Assembly: GCA_944321525.1 (NCBI GenBank)
Contig: CALULQ010000015.1
Coordinates: 5,927 to 69,926, forward strand
Reading direction: 5' to 3'
Origin: an uncultured Paraprevotella sp.
Lineage (GTDB): Bacteria; Bacteroidota; Bacteroidia; Bacteroidales; Bacteroidaceae
DNA length: 64,000 nt
Below are positions 60,292 to 64,000 of the stretch, one piece after another. A program made the position numbers and the translations under genes. Below the pieces are notes generated by a model. The model was not told the DNA's origin. It saw nothing but the letters and a program-made list of their open reading frames with translations, and ran no database searches. How positions within the stretch are numbered: position 1 is the first letter of the stretch; each line of letters begins with the position of its first letter.

Positions 60292-62124
60292 TCAGACAAA
60301 GCGCCGGATGACTTCCACGAAATCTTTCCCGTACTTCTGCTTCTTGAAGTCGCCGATGCCGCTCACCATGCCGAACTCTTCCACCGTCGTGGGACAAGCC
60401 TCGCACAGGCTCTGCAGCACACGGTCGGACATGACGATGTAGGGCGGGAAACCTTGCGCGTCGGCCAACTGCTTGCGCAGGGCCCGCAGGGCCTCGAACA
60501 GCGCCTGCCTGCGCGGGGCCTCCGCCGTGGCCGCCGCCCGCTCCCGCTCGGGGAAGCGCAGGACGGGCTCCGCCGGGCGCGCCACCTTCCGCCCCCTCCG
60601 CTGCGGCTGCTTCTCCTCGCGGCGGACGACGGCCAGCTGCACCCTGCGCCCCTCGCGAAGCACCTGCCACCCGGCTTCGGTCAGCTTCAGGTGGTTGCCT
60701 TCCTCGTATGCTATCTCGAACAGCCCGTTCTGCAACATCTGCATCAGATAGTCCTGCCAGTCGCGGCCCGGCACGTCGCGGCCCACGCCGAATGTCTTCA
60801 GCGCCTCGTAGTGCCCCTTCAGCACTTCGGGACTGAAACTGCCGCGCAGGATGTCGACCACCACCCGCAGGCTGGCCTGCTGGCTGGCCCTCGCAATGGC
60901 GCTCAGGGCCTTCTGCGCCAGCACCGTCCCGTCGAAGCGCTGCGGCGGGTTCTTGCACACGTCGCAGTTCCCGCAGTCGCAGTCCGTGTGCTCCCCGAAA
61001 TAGTTCAATAAAATGCGCCGGCGGCACACGTCGGACTCGGCGTATTCCTGCATCCGCCGCAGTTTCTGCATGTTGATTTCCCGCTGGCCGCTCTCCTGCG
61101 CGAATCTGGACAGCTGCACCAAATCGCCCAAGGAATAAAACAAGACCGTCTCGGAGGGAAGCCCGTCGCGCCCGGCCCGGCCGATTTCCTGATAGAAGCT
61201 CTCGATGCTCTTGGGCAGGTTGTAGTGCACGACAAAGCGCACGTTGGACTTGTCGATGCCCATGCCGAAGGCCACCGTGGCACACACCACTTGCACGCGG
61301 TCGTGGATGAAATCGTCCTGCGCCCTTTCGCGCTCCTCGGCCGACAGCCCGGCGTGGTAGGCCACGGCCTGCACGTCGTGGTCGCGCAGCATCTCCGCCA
61401 CGCTCTCCGTCGTCTTCTTGCTCATGCAATAGATGATGCCGCAATCGTCCCGGTGGCGGGCTATCAGGGCCAGAATCGCCCGGTCCTTCTCTTTCTTCTG
61501 ATAGCCCCTCTTCACCTCGAGGCTCAGGTTCGGGCGGTCGAAGGAGGAGATGAACACCGCGGGGTCGGACAATCCCAGCAGCTTCTGTATGTCCTCCCGC
61601 GTCAGGCGGTCGGCCGTAGCGGTCAGGGCCACGATGGGCACTTCGGGAAACGTCTGTCTCAACACGCCCAGCTGGGCATACTCCGGACGGAAGTCGTGCC
61701 CCCACTGCGAGATGCAGTGCGCCTCGTCGACGGCAAAGAGCGACACCTTCATGTCGCGTATTAAATAAGGTATCTCCAACACCAGCCTTTCGGGCGAGAT
61801 GTAGAGGAGCTTCAGTTCGCCCCTCATGCACGCCGCCCTCACCCTCACGTTCTCCGCTTCGTCGTTCAGGCTATTCAGCGCAGCGGCCGGAATGCCGTTG
61901 GCCCGCAGCCCCTCCACCTGGTCCTTCATCAGCGACAAGAGGGGTGAGACCACCACCGCCGTTCCCTCCATCATCAGCGCCGGCACCTGGTAGCACAAAC
62001 TCTTCCCTCCGCCGGTGGGCATGAGCACCACCACGTCGCGCCGTTCCAAGATTTTAGAGATGATTTCCTCCTGCAAAGGACGGAAAGTTGAAAAGCCGAA
62101 ATAGCGTTTTAATACGTTCTGCAT
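60292..62124 (-). CDS. recQ: ATP-dependent DNA helicase RecQ
   Basis: FRPLQEEII .. MPTGGGKSLCYQ .. VDEAHCISQWGHDFRP .. TATA .. zinc-binding CRRRILLNYFGE..CGNCDVC .. C-terminal HRDC domain. Confidence 0.95.
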   Translation of the reverse strand: MQNVLKRYFGFSTFRPLQEEIISKILERRDVVVLMPTGGGKSLCYQVPALMMEGTAVVVSPLLSLMKDQVEGLRANGIPAAALNSLNDEAENVRVRAACMRGELKLLYISPERLVLEIPYLIRDMKVSLFAVDEAHCISQWGHDFRPEYAQLGVLRQTFPEVPIVALTATADRLTREDIQKLLGLSDPAVFISSFDRPNLSLEVKRGYQKKEKDRAILALIARHRDDCGIIYCMSKKTTESVAEMLRDHDVQAVAYHAGLSAEERERAQDDFIHDRVQVVCATVAFGMGIDKSNVRFVVHYNLPKSIESFYQEIGRAGRDGLPSETVLFYSLGDLVQLSRFAQESGQREINMQKLRRMQEYAESDVCRRRILLNYFGEHTDCDCGNCDVCKNPPQRFDGTVLAQKALSAIARASQQASLRVVVDILRGSFSPEVLKGHYEALKTFGVGRDVPGRDWQDYLMQMLQNGLFEIAYEEGNHLKLTEAGWQVLREGRRVQLAVVRREEKQPQRRGRKVARPAEPVLRFPERERAAATAEAPRRQALFEALRALRKQLADAQGFPPYIVMSDRVLQSLCEACPTTVEEFGMVSGIGDFKKQKYGKDFVEVIRRFV

Positions 62125-62312
62125 ATTTATTCACTGTATTTTTCCCGTAAAACGCTGCAAAGATACGCCTTTTTTGCATCTTTTAAATGAATACTCTTGT
62201 ACAAGAAATAAAAAAACACGATTTTTGCAAAGGCAAAGAGAACCAATGAATAATTATATCCGGCGAAGGGGCAACAGACGGGGAGGTTATTCAATAATAA
62301 ACAAACCGAAGT

Positions 62313-62750
62313 ATGGGAAAGTATAATTTAACTGAAAAAAAAGAGAAGAATGCGGCCTACCGCTCGTTAGTAAGAGCAGAACTGGTAGACGAGTTGTATG
62401 AGAAGATCTTAAAAGTTTTCGTTGTAGACAAGAAGTACCGCGACCCCAACTATTCCGCCAAGAAGCTGGCCGAGGAACTGAACACGAACACGCGCTACAT
62501 CAGCGCCGTGGTCAATATCCGGTTCCATCAGAACTACTCCAGCCTGGTGAACGAATACCGCATCAAGGACGCGCAGTACCTCCTGACAGACAAACGGTAC
62601 ATGGACAAGACCATGGAGGAAATCTCCGCCATGGTGGGATTCGCCAACCGGCAGTCTTTCTACGCCGCATTCTATAAGATATTAGGGATTACGCCACGCA
62701 GCTACCGCATGTCTTATCTGGCAAAAGAGAAGGAAGCCGCAAAGGCATAA
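62313..62750 (+). CDS. small AraC-family helix-turn-helix protein
   Basis: 145 aa: SAKKLAEELNTNTRYISAVVN .. ISAMVGFANRQSFYAAFYKILGITPRSYR. Confidence 0.75.
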   Translation: MGKYNLTEKKEKNAAYRSLVRAELVDELYEKILKVFVVDKKYRDPNYSAKKLAEELNTNTRYISAVVNIRFHQNYSSLVNEYRIKDAQYLLTDKRYMDKTMEEISAMVGFANRQSFYAAFYKILGITPRSYRMSYLAKEKEAAKA

Positions 62751-62820
62751 CCTGACATTATCACTAACACAAAGGGATACATCCACGAGATATATCCCTT
62801 TTTTTCTTTCATATACTTGA

Positions 62821-64000
62821 ATGCAGACAGAAACTTTCTCCTATAACGACGAACAATTCGCCGACTTGCAGATGCTGCGCTACCGCGTGGACGGCTTCGA
62901 AAGCCTCAGCCTGGCGCAAAAAAAACTTATCTATTATCTGTCGGAAGCCGCACTGAGCGGACGCGACATCCTCTGGGACCAGAACGGGAAGTACAACCTC
63001 AGGATTCGGAAGACGCTTGAAGCCGTCTACACCCTCTACGACGGACCGCGGGACAGCAGGGACTTCGCGGCCTTCACGACCTACATGAAAAGGGTGTGGT
63101 TCTCCAACGGCATCCACCACCATTACGGGTGCGACAAGTTCCAGCCCGGGTTCAGCGAGGACTTCTTCCGCAAAGCCGTGGGACAGCTGCCGCCCGACAG
63201 CCTGCCGCTCGACGCCGGACAAACGCCCGAAGGCTTGTGCGACATGCTCGTGCCCGTACTCTTCGACCCGGCGGTGATGCCCAAAAGGGTGAACCAGGCC
63301 GACGGGGAGGACTTGCTGCAGACCTCAGCCTGCAACTACTACGGCCCGGACGTGACGCAAGCCGAAGCGGAAAACTTCTATGCCGCAATGAAGAAGGCCG
63401 ACGACCCGCAACCCGTCATGTACGGCATGAACAGCCGACTCGTGAAGCGCGGCGGACGGTTGGAAGAACTGGTATGGAAGGCCGGCGGACTCTACGGGGC
63501 AGCCATCGACCGCATCACCTACTGGCTGGAAAAGGCCGCGGCAACGGCCGAAAACGAAAGGCAGGCCGCCGTGCTGCGCAAGCTCATCGAATTCTACCGC
63601 ACCGGCGACCTCAAGACGTTCGACGAATACACCATCCTCTGGGTGCAGGAAACCGAAGCGCAGGTGGACTTCACCAACGGGTTCACGGAGACATACGGCG
63701 ACCCGCTCGGCCTGAAAGCCAGCTGGGAAGGCTATGCCAACTTCAAAGACCTGGAAGCCACGGCGCGGACAGAGAAACTGAGTGCCAACGCGCAATGGTT
63801 CGAAGACCACTCGCCCGTGGACGCACGTTTCAAGAAGACCGACTGCAAGGGCGTGTCGGCCAAAGTCATCAAGGCGGCCATCCTCGGAGGCGACCTCTAT
63901 CCCGCGTCGGCCATCGGCATCAACCTGCCCAACTCGAACTGGGTGCGCGCCGCATACGGCAGCAAGAGCGTCACCATCGGCAACCTGACCGACGCCTACA
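62821..64000 (+). CDS. peptidase family M49 (dipeptidyl-peptidase III-like); 3' end lies outside the window
   Basis: Not in the ORF track because there is no in-window stop. Frame 1 from ATG 62821 reads MQTETFSYNDEQFADLQMLRYRVDGFESLSLAQKKLIYYLSEAALSGRDILWDQNGKYNLRIRK.. and was still in frame at the two later points I checked (63301 and 63961, running to nt 64000). The family call is from memory of Bacteroides DPP III N-termini. Confidence 0.7.
   Translation, partial: MQTETFSYNDEQFADLQMLRYRVDGFESLSLAQKKLIYYLSEAALSGRDILWDQNGKYNLRIRKTLEAVYTLYDGPRDSRDFAAFTTYMKRVWFSNGIHHHYGCDKFQPGFSEDFFRKAVGQLPPDSLPLDAGQTPEGLCDMLVPVLFDPAVMPKRVNQADGEDLLQTSACNYYGPDVTQAEAENFYAAMKKADDPQPVMYGMNSRLVKRGGRLEELVWKAGGLYGAAIDRITYWLEKAAATAENERQAAVLRKLIEFYRTGDLKTFDEYTILWVQETEAQVDFTNGFTETYGDPLGLKASWEGYANFKDLEATARTEKLSANAQWFEDHSPVDARFKKTDCKGVSAKVIKAAILGGDLYPASAIGINLPNSNWVRAAYGSKSVTIGNLTDAY

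Overview
This window reads as about 64 kb of a high-GC Bacteroidales chromosome (roughly 55-60% GC by eye), Bacteroides/Prevotella-like. The taxonomic call rests on TAnnTTTG -7 promoter boxes before many genes, the DUF1599 / BT_3928-family / tpiA / SPOR / folE gene string, and GH127/GH43 glycosidases. There are about 55 credible protein genes, and nearly all are housekeeping: dnaG, cysK, thiS-G-H-F behind a TPP riboswitch, ftn, folE, tpiA, ndk, recG, ispD, pdxJ, nadK, xth, queA, hisS, groES/EL and recQ. A small arabinoside-utilisation set is also present: two GH127, two GH43, a bifunctional esterase and a PfkB kinase. I saw no rRNA or tRNA genes, CRISPR arrays, transposases, integrases, reverse transcriptases or recognisable defence genes. 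The unusual content is mostly non-coding or architectural. (i) Six copies of a modular GTAC-framed palindromic (REP/BIME-like) repeat. (ii) A promoter + cobalamin riboswitch + intrinsic terminator unit with no ORF behind it, inside a 1.6 kb gene-free gap. (iii) An in-frame fusion of a BT_3928-family membrane/thioredoxin-like protein to triosephosphate isomerase. (iv) A 930-aa SbcC-like coiled coil with a zinc-hook motif but no ATPase heads, apparently co-transcribed with a cell-wall amidase. (v) A frameshifted PAP2 phosphatase, a 0.9 kb ORF-free convergent spacer, and a low-GC islet encoding a secreted protein built from a duplicated module. All calls come from reading the sequence and the ORF translations; no database searches or folding programs were run.
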